Position numbers and translations under genes: made by a program. Under the pieces are notes generated by a model that searched no databases, had not been told where the DNA came from, and worked only from the letters and a program-made list of their open reading frames with translations. Below, one piece after another: positions 48,855 through 59,749 of a stretch of 64,000 nt of DNA (within the stretch, counting starts at the first letter, position 1; every line of letters begins with the position of its first letter). Source of the stretch: Candidatus Cloacimonadales bacterium (GTDB lineage Bacteria > Cloacimonadota > Cloacimonadia > Cloacimonadales > JAIOQZ01); contig OY762463.1 of NCBI GenBank assembly GCA_963665815.1, positions 1,248,001 through 1,312,000 on the forward strand, given 5' to 3'.

Positions 48855-50396
48855 ATGATTTTTCCCATTCTTAACTACGCTGAAACCCACTATAAGCCGT
48901 CATTTCTGAAATCGGCTTACTATAGAACACACCCTGAAATAATATTCGATGTCCCCCATACTCTCAAGTTGCAAAAACAAAAAGAACTTCCGGTGTTCTG
49001 TATTGTTAAAGATGCTGAAAAATTCCCCTGCACAATTACTTCCATAATACTTTATCTTCAATCCGGTTCTATCTGTCGAAAAATCACAATATCCGACACT
49101 GAGATATACGTAGATAAACCTTATTTGGCAACAGAATTTGCTGCGAATATCCCCAAAGATTTTTTTAACAAGCACGTATATATTACGGTGATCGCAGAAT
49201 ACAAGCTGTCAAATAATACTACTCATACATGCATTAATGATAACTACAGAGGAATGCCGTATAGTCCTTTCAGAACATACATCTGCAATGAAAATGACTG
49301 TTTCCCGCAAAACTGGTATAAAGGTGACTGCCATTATCACAGTAACTATACAAACGACCAGGTAGAATTCGGAGCTGACATCAAATCAGCAAAATCTGCT
49401 GCAAAAGCTCTCGGCTTAGACTGGTTTTTCGTTACTGACCACTCTTACGATCTGGATGACAAAGAGGACAACTGTCTTCAAAACGATCCTGAGCTGACCA
49501 AATGGAATAAGCTGACTAATGAAATAAACACTTTGTCAGACGAAGATGTTTGCGTAATACTGGCAGAAGAAGTGTCTATCGGCAGCACAGAGAATAAGAA
49601 TCTACACTTGATTGCTGTCAGACCTGAGCAATTTATCCCCGGCTATGGAGACAGTGCCGAAACCTGGGGTAAAACAGAACCGACAGTAAGCATTAAAGAT
49701 GTCGAACAATATAAACCAAAACTACTCATTGCAGCTCATCCTTTTGAGCCTGTGTCATACTTGCAGAGCCTTTCGTTCAGCTTCAGGAGAAGTGAATGGA
49801 AACAGCCCGACTTCATTGCAGGTAATGTGAATATTCTTCAAATTATTAACGGATCAAACAAATCCCACATAAACCGAAGCATAAAGAAATGGGTTGATCT
49901 CCTGCTGAAAGGCAATATGTATTTCATAACAGCAGGTAATGATGCACATGGCAACTTCGGATTGCAAAGACAGGTAAAACTACCGTTTATCCAACTGGAA
50001 TCAAAAATAGAACAGCTCTTCGGAAAGTGGTTCACAGCTTTCAAGCATAACTCAAATAATCCGGCTGATGGAATCAGAAACGGTTGTATGATCCTCTCTA
50101 ACGGTCCATTCCTTGATTTCATACTGAAAACGGATACAGGAGAGTATGAAATTGGATCAACCATAAAATACTCCCCACAACTTGATTTCAGTTATTGTAC
50201 AGTATCTACATCACAATTCGGCAAGTTTACAAAAGTACTTCTTTACATAGGTGATACCGATACCAGAAAAGAAACCAAGGTGGATTTACTGAAAGAGAGT
50301 GCTCCTGAGGATTATCCTCAAAAAGGGTATATACGAATGGAAGGTTTTACTGAGAATGGTGGAAGAGTAATTACTAATCCGATCTGGATTTCCTGA
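48855..50396 (+). CDS. PHP-domain metallohydrolase (CehA/McbA-like)
   Basis: WYKGDCHYHS, GLDWFFVTDHS, EEVS, AAHPF, AGNDAHG, SNGPFL, ITNPIWI. Confidence 0.82.
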   Translation: MIFPILNYAETHYKPSFLKSAYYRTHPEIIFDVPHTLKLQKQKELPVFCIVKDAEKFPCTITSIILYLQSGSICRKITISDTEIYVDKPYLATEFAANIPKDFFNKHVYITVIAEYKLSNNTTHTCINDNYRGMPYSPFRTYICNENDCFPQNWYKGDCHYHSNYTNDQVEFGADIKSAKSAAKALGLDWFFVTDHSYDLDDKEDNCLQNDPELTKWNKLTNEINTLSDEDVCVILAEEVSIGSTENKNLHLIAVRPEQFIPGYGDSAETWGKTEPTVSIKDVEQYKPKLLIAAHPFEPVSYLQSLSFSFRRSEWKQPDFIAGNVNILQIINGSNKSHINRSIKKWVDLLLKGNMYFITAGNDAHGNFGLQRQVKLPFIQLESKIEQLFGKWFTAFKHNSNNPADGIRNGCMILSNGPFLDFILKTDTGEYEIGSTIKYSPQLDFSYCTVSTSQFGKFTKVLLYIGDTDTRKETKVDLLKESAPEDYPQKGYIRMEGFTENGGRVITNPIWIS

Positions 50397-50421
50397 AGCA
50401 GTAAAGCAATCATGTTTATAT

Positions 50422-50452
50422 AAAAAAGAAAGCTGCAGATATTGTGCAGCTT
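50422..50452 (-). terminator. Putative terminator of the dcw operon
   Basis: AAGCTGCA...TGCAGCTT hairpin with an upstream A run, between convergent genes. Confidence 0.6.
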
Positions 50453-50482
50453 CCTGGGGGTTGTTAGAACAAAATTCTGTTG

Positions 50483-51643
50483 TTAATCAAACCTTCTCAT
50501 AAAAGTTGGAATTTCGATTTTTTCAGTTGTTGACACTTTTGATTTCTCGAATGAATGTTTTTCCTGAACAATCTCAGGAGAAGTTGTATCAGCCTGTCTG
50601 ATTCTGTCGAAAATTATATCAAGCTGTTCATGCTTTTCTTTTTCAGATTTGTTGTTAAGCTCAGGAATATTTACAATTTTTTCATCATCACTGTGAAGTC
50701 CTGTTGCTACTATAGTTACGCTGATTTTCTCAGTCATTTCCTTATCGATTACAAGACCAATAATGATATTTGCATCAGTTCCTGTCTCATTAGTTATAAC
50801 TTGTGATACTTCGTCAAATTCAGACATTTTCATGTCCAGTCCGGCTGTTACGTTAATAAGGATTGCTTTACATCCATCAAGTGAAATATCGGCAAGCAGA
50901 GGATTAGATATTGCCATTTTAGCAGCATTGATCGCTCTGTCTTCACCTTCACAAATTGCTGTACCCATGAGAGCATAGCCCATGTTAGCCATTACGGATT
51001 TTACATCACTGAAATCCACACTGATATATCCACTAAGATTAATCATATCTGAAACTGATTTAGCAGCATCAGACAGAATATTATCGGCTTTTGTGAATGC
51101 ATCTACAATAGATATATCCGAATAGATTTCCTTAAGTTTTTCATTTGGTATAACGATTAGAGTATCTACAGCTTTTCTTAACTCTTCAAGTCCATACTCA
51201 GTGTTTTTCTTTCTTCTTGAACCTTCAAAGCCAAACGGTTTGGTTACGATTGCCATTGTGAGAATACCCATATCACGTGCAATTGAAGCGATTACCGGAG
51301 CTGCGCCTGTTCCGGTTCCTCCGCCCATTCCTGCAGCAATGAACACCATTTCGGTATTATCGAGTATAGTCCTTATTTCTTCTTCTGATTCTTCAGCAGC
51401 TTTTTTACCAACTTCAGGATTTGCACCGGTTCCGAGTCCCTTGGTAATTTTTTTACCAAGCTGAAGTTTGATTTTTGCTGATGATTTTTTCAAGTCTTTA
51501 GAATCAGTGTTTGCAGCGATGAATTCTACTCCACTCATTCCGTTTCTGATCATTGTGTTGACGGCATTTCCTCCGCCACCTCCAACACCAACAATCTTGA
51601 TATTAGTGTTGTAATAGCTTTTGTCTTGATCTAATTCTAACAT
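50483..51643 (-). CDS. ftsZ: Cell division protein FtsZ
   Basis: IKIVGVGGGGGNAVN, AGMGGGTGTGAAP, PFGFEG, C-terminal IPTFMRR. Confidence 0.98.
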   Translation of the reverse strand: MLELDQDKSYYNTNIKIVGVGGGGGNAVNTMIRNGMSGVEFIAANTDSKDLKKSSAKIKLQLGKKITKGLGTGANPEVGKKAAEESEEEIRTILDNTEMVFIAAGMGGGTGTGAAPVIASIARDMGILTMAIVTKPFGFEGSRRKKNTEYGLEELRKAVDTLIVIPNEKLKEIYSDISIVDAFTKADNILSDAAKSVSDMINLSGYISVDFSDVKSVMANMGYALMGTAICEGEDRAINAAKMAISNPLLADISLDGCKAILINVTAGLDMKMSEFDEVSQVITNETGTDANIIIGLVIDKEMTEKISVTIVATGLHSDDEKIVNIPELNNKSEKEKHEQLDIIFDRIRQADTTSPEIVQEKHSFEKSKVSTTEKIEIPTFMRRFD

Positions 51644-51661
51644 TTTTCCCCCTTGGACCTT

Positions 51662-52939
51662 CTAAATAAAGTCCTTGAATGAATTGAACCATTTTTTTAT
51701 TGTTCTTATTATTCTGTCATTAAAACTATGTACTTTATGTGTTGATAAAATTTTACTTTTAGGAATGCTTTCCAGTCCATAGAAAAGCAGACCGACACTG
51801 GTTGCGAACTTAGGAGATTCCAGTTGAGAAACCGGCCCTTTGAGCTTATGAATCATTGGAATTCCGATTTTGACAGGCATATTGAATACTTCACCAGCCA
51901 GTTTATCCGAGTTCCTCAATAATGAAGCTCCTCCGGTTAAAATCAGTCCTGCAGTCATTAGTTCCTGATTATAGTTTGCAAAAACTGATCTGTAGGAAAT
52001 CTCAAGGATTTCTCTCATACGGGATTCAACTATTTCAGATATGAACTTGAGTTTCTTGAACCCGGGTTCTCTACCACCGATTCCTTCAATCTCAATTGTT
52101 TCTTCATCAGGTACTGTTGCTGGCACTGCGTTACCGACTTTGACTTTCAGCTTCTCGGCTGATTTGGGTGGAGTTCTGAGACCTATACTCAAATCCTGAG
52201 TTACATTTGTACCACCAATCGGTTTTACTGTACTGAAACGGATTGAACCTTTGTAGAAGACAGCAATATCAGTTGTACCACCACCTATATCGATGAGGAT
52301 GCAACCAAGATTCAACTCGTCTTCATTAAGAACAGCCTGAGCAGATGCTATTGGTTCCAGAACAACATCAAGAGGCTGATAACCTGCAAGCTCAATACAT
52401 TTAGTAATATTCCTGATTGCATTGAGATCTGCCAGTACAATGTGCACATGGGCTGTGAGATGGTAACCGCTCATATTGATCGGATTTATTATACCTCTCT
52501 GATTATCAATATCATAATACTGAGGTATACCATGTATGATTTCAAGATTTTCATGACCCTGCTGGATCTTTACTGTTCTCTTTGCATCGTTTATCACAGC
52601 ATTGATATGATCTTCACTTATCTCAAGAGGATCTTTACCGCTTGGATCTGAAATGGAAATTCTTCCGATTGCATTTCGGCTTTTTATGTGTTCCCCGGCA
52701 ATACCTGCAAAAATGTTTTCTGCTTTCAGGTCAGCTTTATTCTCTGCAGCCTGAATTGCAAGTCTGATCGATTCGGAAGTCTTGTTGATATCTTTTACGA
52801 TACCTTTTTCCAGACCATTGGATTCACTGATTCCAACGCCTTTAACTTCAAGAATATTTTCAGGATTTACAGCAGCAATTATGGCACATATCTTTGTTGT
52901 GCCTATATCCAGTGCAGTTATTACAGGGTACTTCTTCAT
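51662..52939 (-). CDS. ftsA: Cell division protein FtsA
   Basis: LDIGTTKI, IDIGGGTTDIA, AEKLK, LTGGASLL, FATSVGLL; start MKKYP after GGAG. Confidence 0.97.
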   Translation of the reverse strand: MKKYPVITALDIGTTKICAIIAAVNPENILEVKGVGISESNGLEKGIVKDINKTSESIRLAIQAAENKADLKAENIFAGIAGEHIKSRNAIGRISISDPSGKDPLEISEDHINAVINDAKRTVKIQQGHENLEIIHGIPQYYDIDNQRGIINPINMSGYHLTAHVHIVLADLNAIRNITKCIELAGYQPLDVVLEPIASAQAVLNEDELNLGCILIDIGGGTTDIAVFYKGSIRFSTVKPIGGTNVTQDLSIGLRTPPKSAEKLKVKVGNAVPATVPDEETIEIEGIGGREPGFKKLKFISEIVESRMREILEISYRSVFANYNQELMTAGLILTGGASLLRNSDKLAGEVFNMPVKIGIPMIHKLKGPVSQLESPKFATSVGLLFYGLESIPKSKILSTHKVHSFNDRIIRTIKKWFNSFKDFI

Positions 52940-53694
52940 TTCTTCTCCGTTCTGCAAACTATCTGATCATTAAATCTCATGTCAATGATTGATCCCGGCT
53001 GAAGTCCTTTATTCTGTTCAAAGAAAGAAAAGTATTGAAGTTTTTTTACAATATTTTCCTCTCCGAGAACGACTTGGCTTCCGCTGTTAGATTCTATGAA
53101 ATAGATTGAACCATTAACAAAAAAGTATTCAGAAACCTTCTTTGCAAGGTCAACATTATTGGTTTCAACTAATTGATGAAACTCTTTGATCTGCAGATAA
53201 TCTTTATTGCAAAATTCAGTGCCAACTTCTAACGTTTCCGAAGATAAGTCAAGTTCTACTAACGGTGTATTCTCATTAACATAAAAACCGGTATTATCAA
53301 GTATAATATTGTCTTTATCCACAGGAATACATTCACCATCTTCTGTCTTGATTGTCAAGTATCCGGAACGCTCCTTTATTTTGACAACAAGCTCGGAAGG
53401 ATACTTCTTTTTTATCTTCATATCTGAAATTCGCACAATACTGCTGAACTTACTTTTTACTTCTTCAGCAGACACATCAATAATATTTCTGCCTTCAAGA
53501 TCATTAACCAGATTCACAAGGAATTCTGTCTGTAGATTATTGTTTCCTTCAATACTGACTGTTTGAATATTAAAAAAATCAACTTTCTTCAGACTGCTTC
53601 TTGCTATAAAGAAGATTGATACTAAAAGGATCATCAGAACAAAAAACAGGACAAAATACCTGCTGTTGCCTCTTCTTTTTCTTGTTACGTACAT
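52936..53694 (-). CDS. ftsQ: Cell division protein FtsQ/DivIB
   Basis: Basic N-terminus, single TM, POTRA (IEGN...KKYPSELVVKIKER), C-terminal IDMRF; position upstream of ftsA. Confidence 0.9.
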   Translation of the reverse strand: MYVTRKRRGNSRYFVLFFVLMILLVSIFFIARSSLKKVDFFNIQTVSIEGNNNLQTEFLVNLVNDLEGRNIIDVSAEEVKSKFSSIVRISDMKIKKKYPSELVVKIKERSGYLTIKTEDGECIPVDKDNIILDNTGFYVNENTPLVELDLSSETLEVGTEFCNKDYLQIKEFHQLVETNNVDLAKKVSEYFFVNGSIYFIESNSGSQVVLGEENIVKKLQYFSFFEQNKGLQPGSIIDMRFNDQIVCRTEKK

Positions 53695-54584
53695 TTGGTT
53701 CCCTTGCAGTTTTTGCTGGCATCAATGATCTCAAGATCAAGCTTAATACCATATCTGTCAGTGATTCTGTATTGTATTTGGTCTATCAAAGTATGAACAT
53801 CGCTGAAACCAGCGTTTCCTTTGTTTACTATGAAATTAGCATGTTTTTCACTGACGAAGGCTTCCCCGACACATAATCCTTTCAGGTTGCATTCGTCAAT
53901 AAGTTTTCCTGCAGAAAGTCTTGATCCATCCGGAAGTTCCGGATTTTTGAAGAAACAACCCAGACTGTGAGCATTCAATGGTTGAGTTTCACGACGTTTT
54001 GCAATGTAAAAATCAACTTCTCTTTTCACAGTTTCCGGTGTTTTTCTCTTCATCTTAAGCTGGACTTCGAATATGTAGTCTTCAATAGAAGAACCTCTGT
54101 AGTCAAACATCAATTCTTCCTTACTGTATTTACGAATTGAGCCGTCTTTACATATAACTTTAACATAATTAATAAATTCACCTATAGATCTGCCATACGC
54201 ACCGGCATCCATTCTTACAAGACCGGCAATGTGAGCAGGCACACCTCCAAGAAACTCCAATCCTCCAAGACTATGTTCGCATGCTTTTCGAATAAGACTG
54301 TTTATTACGTAGTTTCCTGACACAGTTATGAAATTCTTTTCTACACTGTAATCCCTCGGAAGAGCCTGATCTGTTATCACAGCACCTTCAAAATAGTCCG
54401 GAAAAAGTATGTTTGTGCCACCGGCAAGAAAAAGATAATTCATTCCCTGCAGTCTTGGTAATAACCTTTGTAGTTCCTCGATAGATTCAGGGGAAAATAT
54501 ATAATTCGCTTTTCCGCCAATGTTAATGTAGGATAATTCGCTTAAAGGAACATCCAGTTGATTAAATTCTCTGAAATCATTCAT
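53685..54584 (-). CDS. murB: UDP-N-acetylenolpyruvoylglucosamine reductase
   Basis: IGGKA, GGTNIL, GLEFLGGVP, MDAGAYG, QP...SLGCFFKNP, SEKHANFIVN. Confidence 0.95.
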   Translation of the reverse strand: MNDFREFNQLDVPLSELSYINIGGKANYIFSPESIEELQRLLPRLQGMNYLFLAGGTNILFPDYFEGAVITDQALPRDYSVEKNFITVSGNYVINSLIRKACEHSLGGLEFLGGVPAHIAGLVRMDAGAYGRSIGEFINYVKVICKDGSIRKYSKEELMFDYRGSSIEDYIFEVQLKMKRKTPETVKREVDFYIAKRRETQPLNAHSLGCFFKNPELPDGSRLSAGKLIDECNLKGLCVGEAFVSEKHANFIVNKGNAGFSDVHTLIDQIQYRITDRYGIKLDLEIIDASKNCKGTKCT

Positions 54585-55947
54585 TATTCAGCTCCAGTAT
54601 TTTCTCACCATATTTATATATACTTCCCGCACCGAGAGTAATTATAATATCATCTTCTTTTAGTACTTTGTTAATTTCTGATACAATATCATCGTTGCTT
54701 TCTATGTAATAAACCTGTCTATGTCCATTCTGAATTGCAGCATCCGATACAAGTTTTCCTGTTATTCCTTCGATTGGTTTTTCTCTGGCAGGATAAATGG
54801 GAGTTACAAGCAAGACATCCGAATGGAAAAATGATCTGCCGAATTCCTGAAAGAAATCTCTTGTTCTTGAAAACAGATGAGGTTGAAAAACAGCAACAAT
54901 TCTTCTATCTGTAGAATCCTTTATTCCCTTCAGAGTAGCCTGTATTTCAGTCGGATGATGAGCATAGTCATCATAGACATCAATATTCTTGAAATTTCCT
55001 TTCCACTCAAATCTTCTGAATACTCCGTTAAACTCTTCCAGTCCCTCTTTGATCTTTTCAAATGGTATATCCAGTTCAAGTCCAACACCTGCTGCAAGGA
55101 GGGAGTTCTGAATATTGTGAACACCGGGTGTATTCATGTTTATTCGTCCTAGAGTATATCCTCTGAAAACAAGATCATATGATGATTTGAAATTTTTCAT
55201 TTCTATATTTTCAGCTCTGATGTCTGCCTGTCTTGATAGACCGAATGTTACAATTTTCTTTTTGAGAGACGGTACAATTGATTGAACACCTGTATCATCG
55301 AGACATGCGAGTATACAACCGAAAAAAGGCACTTTATTTGCATATTCGATAAATGCTTTTTTGATTTCACCAAAATCAGGATAGCAATCAAGATGATCAG
55401 CTTCAATGTTCGTAATTCCTGAGATAATCGGTGTTAATGTGAGGAATGATCTGTCAAATTCATCTGCTTCCACAACTATGTGTTCTCCTGAACCAAGCAG
55501 ATTGTTGGAGCTGAAATTCTTTACTTTTCCACCTACAATCACAGTTGGATCAAGTTCGGCAGCTTTAAGAACCATTCCTACCATGGAAGTTGTTGTTGTC
55601 TTCCCATGAGTTCCTGCGATACCAATTCCATAACTCATTCGCATTATCTCAGAGAGCATTTCCGCTCTTCTGATAACCGGTATCTTCAAACTTTTAGCTG
55701 CGGCTATTTCAGGATTATCATCTTTTACAGCAGATGATTTTACAACAACATCAACATCCGAAATATTGTCGGAACTGTGTCCTATAGTGATATTTGCTCC
55801 AATTTCAGCGAGGTGCTTTGTAAGTTCCGATTCTCTCAGATCAGAACCGGATATTGCAAATCCCTGATTCAACAGGAGTTCAGCAATACCGCTCATTCCT
55901 ATACCACCAATACCTACAAAATGAATTTTCTTCGTAGCTCCAAACAT
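54577..55947 (-). CDS. murC: UDP-N-acetylmuramate--L-alanine ligase
   Basis: HFVGIGGIGMSGIA, AGTHGKTTTTS, EADEFD, DDYAHHPTEI, FQPH. Confidence 0.97.
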   Translation of the reverse strand: MFGATKKIHFVGIGGIGMSGIAELLLNQGFAISGSDLRESELTKHLAEIGANITIGHSSDNISDVDVVVKSSAVKDDNPEIAAAKSLKIPVIRRAEMLSEIMRMSYGIGIAGTHGKTTTTSMVGMVLKAAELDPTVIVGGKVKNFSSNNLLGSGEHIVVEADEFDRSFLTLTPIISGITNIEADHLDCYPDFGEIKKAFIEYANKVPFFGCILACLDDTGVQSIVPSLKKKIVTFGLSRQADIRAENIEMKNFKSSYDLVFRGYTLGRINMNTPGVHNIQNSLLAAGVGLELDIPFEKIKEGLEEFNGVFRRFEWKGNFKNIDVYDDYAHHPTEIQATLKGIKDSTDRRIVAVFQPHLFSRTRDFFQEFGRSFFHSDVLLVTPIYPAREKPIEGITGKLVSDAAIQNGHRQVYYIESNDDIVSEINKVLKEDDIIITLGAGSIYKYGEKILELNNE

Positions 55948-57023
55948 TATTTCCTCTTTTCAAGAATGTAGTCGTTTATGTTGTTGGCAATTAACTCAGC
56001 AGCATCTTCATGTATTGATTTCTGAAACTGCTGTCTCATTGCTTTCCAGGAATTTTTCATATTTTTGATTGCTGTAATCAGAGTAGCAGTATCAAGAACA
56101 TTCTGGAACAAAACAATTCCTTTCCCCTGTCGGCAGAAATCTTTTGCATTATAGTATTGCTCGTTGTTCGCCGCATGTGGATAAGGAATGAATATTGTCG
56201 GAATTCCGTTGATCTCAAGTTCAGAAACTGTTATAGCTCCGGATCTCGCAATAGCAAAATCTGCTACTTTGTATAGTTCATTGAGATTATTAGTAAATCC
56301 GAATGCATAAATTCCTTTTCTGCTCTTGAGTTTTTTGTCAAGCTTTGGTAAGTTTTTTTCGCCAACCTGCCAGATCAGGTCTATCCCTGCATCCAGCAGT
56401 CTGTCAGCAATTTCTGTAATCTTGTCGTTTATAGCAACTGACCCCTGTGATCCACCAAGAATAAGAAGTTTAACCGAACCTTTTCTTAGATTTAGTCTGG
56501 AAAATTCAGGTGGTGGAGTTTCAGTTTTTCTCTGTATTGGATTTCCGGAGTGAATACACTTGCGTTCAGGAAGAAAATCCTTTGCACTTTCAAAACCAAG
56601 AAAGATTTTTTTAGCTATTTTGCTGAGTAATCTGATTGTAACTCCAGGGAAGCAGTTCTGCTCCTGAAGAAATACAGGAATTCCTTTTATAAATGCGGCA
56701 GCAGCAACCGGGCCGCTTACAAAGCTTCCTGTGGATACAACAGCGTCAGGTTTTTCCTTCTTTAAAATCATTAGACTCTGATAAATACTCTTTATAAGTT
56801 TGAAAGGGAATTTAAGGTGCTTGAGGGTTAATCTCCTGTACATTTTCTGCACATTGATCAATCTGTATTCTAATTTATAATCTTCAAAAATATTTATTTC
56901 CATGCCATTACGATTGCCCACGTATACTGTCTGACAACCCAGTTTTTCCAGTTCTTTTCCGATGGAAATTGCCGGAAGAATATGTCCGCCGGTTCCTCCT
57001 GTTGCGATAAGAACCTTTACCAT
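55947..57023 (-). CDS. murG: Undecaprenyl-PP-MurNAc-pentapeptide GlcNAc transferase
   Basis: GGTGGHILPA, QEQN-PG, GNP, GGSQG, RSGA, Q-x-NA. Confidence 0.96.
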   Translation of the reverse strand: MVKVLIATGGTGGHILPAISIGKELEKLGCQTVYVGNRNGMEINIFEDYKLEYRLINVQKMYRRLTLKHLKFPFKLIKSIYQSLMILKKEKPDAVVSTGSFVSGPVAAAAFIKGIPVFLQEQNCFPGVTIRLLSKIAKKIFLGFESAKDFLPERKCIHSGNPIQRKTETPPPEFSRLNLRKGSVKLLILGGSQGSVAINDKITEIADRLLDAGIDLIWQVGEKNLPKLDKKLKSRKGIYAFGFTNNLNELYKVADFAIARSGAITVSELEINGIPTIFIPYPHAANNEQYYNAKDFCRQGKGIVLFQNVLDTATLITAIKNMKNSWKAMRQQFQKSIHEDAAELIANNINDYILEKRK

Positions 57024-58168
57024 ACTTCCCTCCTTTTACTGCTGATGTTCAGCAGGAGACCTATAGAGATTGAATTTACTAGAAGTGACATACCGCCGTA
57101 ACTGATGAATGGAAGCGTCACTCCGGTTGAGGGTATTGCAGAAATTGCAACACCTATATTTACCATTGCATTTATAAAAATATTTAGAGCCAGTCCCATT
57201 CCGAAAAGTCTTAAAAACATGCTCTCACTTCTCCACGAACTGATTAAGGCTCTGATAAACAAAGTAACATATAATCCGAGTACAACAATTGCTCCAAGAA
57301 ATCCGAATTCCTCTCCAATGACAGAGAATACATAGTCTGTTTTAGCCTCAGGGAGATAGTAGTGTTTGCCTCTTCCCTTTTCGGAACCTGTTCCGACTAT
57401 TCTTCCACTGGATAAAGCAGTAAGTGACTCTTTGATCTGATAATCATCTACTTTACCACCTTCAATCTCAGCCTTCTCGGAAAATCCTAGCAGCTTGAGA
57501 AGTACTGAATACTCTTTAAATATCTTGATTCTCACAGAACGGAATTCATCACCGGAATTGATAACTACAATGAGTCCAACTAAAAGAATTGCCACAATAA
57601 CCAGAATAGTAAGGATATGGATTTTACCGATCCACATCATACTCAGAAGTGTTAATCCTGAAATTATCAGTGCACTGAGGTGTTTTTCCGCAAAAATGAG
57701 TCCCATCGTGATAAGCGGAAGAACAATAAGAGGTTTGAAATTTTTAATGAACTCAATTGGAGAGGATGATTCAATTACATCTTTTTTCTTATCAAGAATA
57801 TGAGCAAAATACATCACCAGTGTTATTCGTGCAAACAAGCTTGGTTGAACATTCAATGGACCAATGCGGAAAAATCTACGGGCACCATTCACTTTTATAC
57901 CTATAAACAGAACCAGAATAAGGCTGATAATTATCATAACATTGAAGAAGAAAGACATATTCCTTATCTTCTCAAGATTTGGTAATCTGAATGCTATAAA
58001 CATAAATCCAAATGATGCAAAACAGAATATCAAGTGCTTATAAAAATAAGTCATTGAAGTCCTTGTAGAACTGATATTCAGCATTGTATACATACCGATT
58101 ATGCATAAAACTATGTAGCATATCAGCATTATGTAATCAAATTCAGCAATATAGGTTTTATTTTTCAT
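57017..58168 (-). CDS. ftsW: Peptidoglycan glycosyltransferase FtsW
   Basis: NGARRF, QPS, YQ-x-S, LPEAKTDYVFSVIGEEFG, GVTLPFISYGG; dcw position. Confidence 0.94.
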   Translation of the reverse strand: MKNKTYIAEFDYIMLICYIVLCIIGMYTMLNISSTRTSMTYFYKHLIFCFASFGFMFIAFRLPNLEKIRNMSFFFNVMIIISLILVLFIGIKVNGARRFFRIGPLNVQPSLFARITLVMYFAHILDKKKDVIESSSPIEFIKNFKPLIVLPLITMGLIFAEKHLSALIISGLTLLSMMWIGKIHILTILVIVAILLVGLIVVINSGDEFRSVRIKIFKEYSVLLKLLGFSEKAEIEGGKVDDYQIKESLTALSSGRIVGTGSEKGRGKHYYLPEAKTDYVFSVIGEEFGFLGAIVVLGLYVTLFIRALISSWRSESMFLRLFGMGLALNIFINAMVNIGVAISAIPSTGVTLPFISYGGMSLLVNSISIGLLLNISSKRREVW

Positions 58169-59486
58169 ATTCATCTTTGATTTTCTCAGCTATTTCCCTG
58201 AATGAGTTTCCTCTGTGAATGTAATTATCAAACATATCATAACTTGCACAAGCGGGAGAAAGAAGAATAACGTCTCCCTGTGCTGAATCTTTATAAGCTT
58301 TACGGACTGCAGCAACCAGTGAATCAAAAGTTTCGATATTCATATCTTGAAAACAGTTAAGCATCTTCCCAGTTGTTTCACCAATAAGGTAAATCTTAGC
58401 GACATTACTCATGTGCTCTTTAAGTACAGAGAAGTCCTCACCTTTATCCGATCCACCCAGAATGATCCGTGTCGGTTTCGAAAATGTTTTAAGAGCATAT
58501 TTAACTGAATCGGTATTTGTTGCTTTCGAGTCATTAACGAATATTACATTATTAACTTCTGCAACCTGTTCAAGCCTGTGAGCCAGAGAAACAAAAGTTT
58601 TTAGAGCTGATTTAACTTTATTATAGTCTAAATTAAATTTAGATACTGCCAGCAGACTTGCCATAACATTCTGGATATTATGAGGACCGTTGATCGAAAT
58701 TTCTTCTTCCCTGAATTTCCAGTTCACTCCCTGAACATGAATAGTTTTATCTTTATACCAGGCATCCTTTTGCCCGTTCATAGAGAAAAATTTAACTGCT
58801 GCTTTGATATTATTCTGATACCTGAAACTGACAGGATCATCATTGTTGAAAACTACCAGATCATTTTCTGATGAGTTTTTAAAAATCAATGCTTTTGTGT
58901 CGGCATAATGGTCAAAATCTCTGTATCTGTTCAAGTGATCGGGAGTTATATTGAGTAAAACAGATACATTAGGTTTGAAACTCCTCAACAATTCTATCTG
59001 AAAACTGCTGAGTTCCAGTACATAGACATCTGCAATGTCTTTTTCGATGTCAAAAGATGTGAAAGCACTTCCGATATTTCCTGCCAGAATACTTCTCAAA
59101 CCGCATTCCTGCAGAATATGATGAATAAGACTTACTGTGGTAGATTTGCCGTTTGAACCTGTTACTGCAATTATCTCAGCATTCTCATTCATAATCCTGA
59201 AACCGAATTCAATTTCTCCAATTACCTCAACGCCTGCTTGAACTGCTTTCTGTAATATCGGAATATCCGCAGGAATTCCCGGACTCACAATAATAGCATC
59301 TGCATCAAGGACTCTGTCTGTGTGTTTTCCTGTTTCAAAATCACAATTCAGATCTTCCGGGATTATAGCATTCTCATTGAAATCACTGATGAATACTATT
59401 CCACCAAGATCAATGATCTTTCTCGCAGCTGCTAAACCACTTCTGGCCATTCCCAGAACTGAGAATTTTTTACCGGATACTTTCAT
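58158..59486 (-). CDS. murD: UDP-MurNAc-L-Ala--D-glutamate ligase
   Basis: VSPGI, TGSNGKSTT, ELSSFQ, DHLNR, NDSKATN, LLSPACASYDMF. Confidence 0.97.
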   Translation of the reverse strand: MKVSGKKFSVLGMARSGLAAARKIIDLGGIVFISDFNENAIIPEDLNCDFETGKHTDRVLDADAIIVSPGIPADIPILQKAVQAGVEVIGEIEFGFRIMNENAEIIAVTGSNGKSTTVSLIHHILQECGLRSILAGNIGSAFTSFDIEKDIADVYVLELSSFQIELLRSFKPNVSVLLNITPDHLNRYRDFDHYADTKALIFKNSSENDLVVFNNDDPVSFRYQNNIKAAVKFFSMNGQKDAWYKDKTIHVQGVNWKFREEEISINGPHNIQNVMASLLAVSKFNLDYNKVKSALKTFVSLAHRLEQVAEVNNVIFVNDSKATNTDSVKYALKTFSKPTRIILGGSDKGEDFSVLKEHMSNVAKIYLIGETTGKMLNCFQDMNIETFDSLVAAVRKAYKDSAQGDVILLSPACASYDMFDNYIHRGNSFREIAEKIKDEYEK

Positions 59487-59500
59487 TTACTTCCTTTCCA

Positions 59501-59734
59501 TTATATGCACTTGTATGCAAGGTTTGATTTGTACTTGTTGTGCTTCTCATTTTTTAATGACTTGTTACCGAAATTATATGCTCTTTTTGCAAAATACTCC
59601 TGAAAACAACTGTCACATATACCATGTGATACATGTGTTGCAGCTGTGTTAAGATCTCTCCTGCTGACCCATTTGTTGTCTTCATTTTTGACTTTGTCGC
59701 AATAGCAACATTTCACAATAAAATTATTCTTCAT
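59501..59734 (-). CDS. Small putative zinc-binding protein (CxxC...HGICxxC)
   Basis: Strong RBS GGGAGGA; CCYCDKVK...W...VSHGICDSC; fits exactly between mraY and murD. Confidence 0.72.
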   Translation of the reverse strand: MKNNFIVKCCYCDKVKNEDNKWVSRRDLNTAATHVSHGICDSCFQEYFAKRAYNFGNKSLKNEKHNKYKSNLAYKCI

Positions 59735-59749
59735 TTTTCCTCCCGATAA

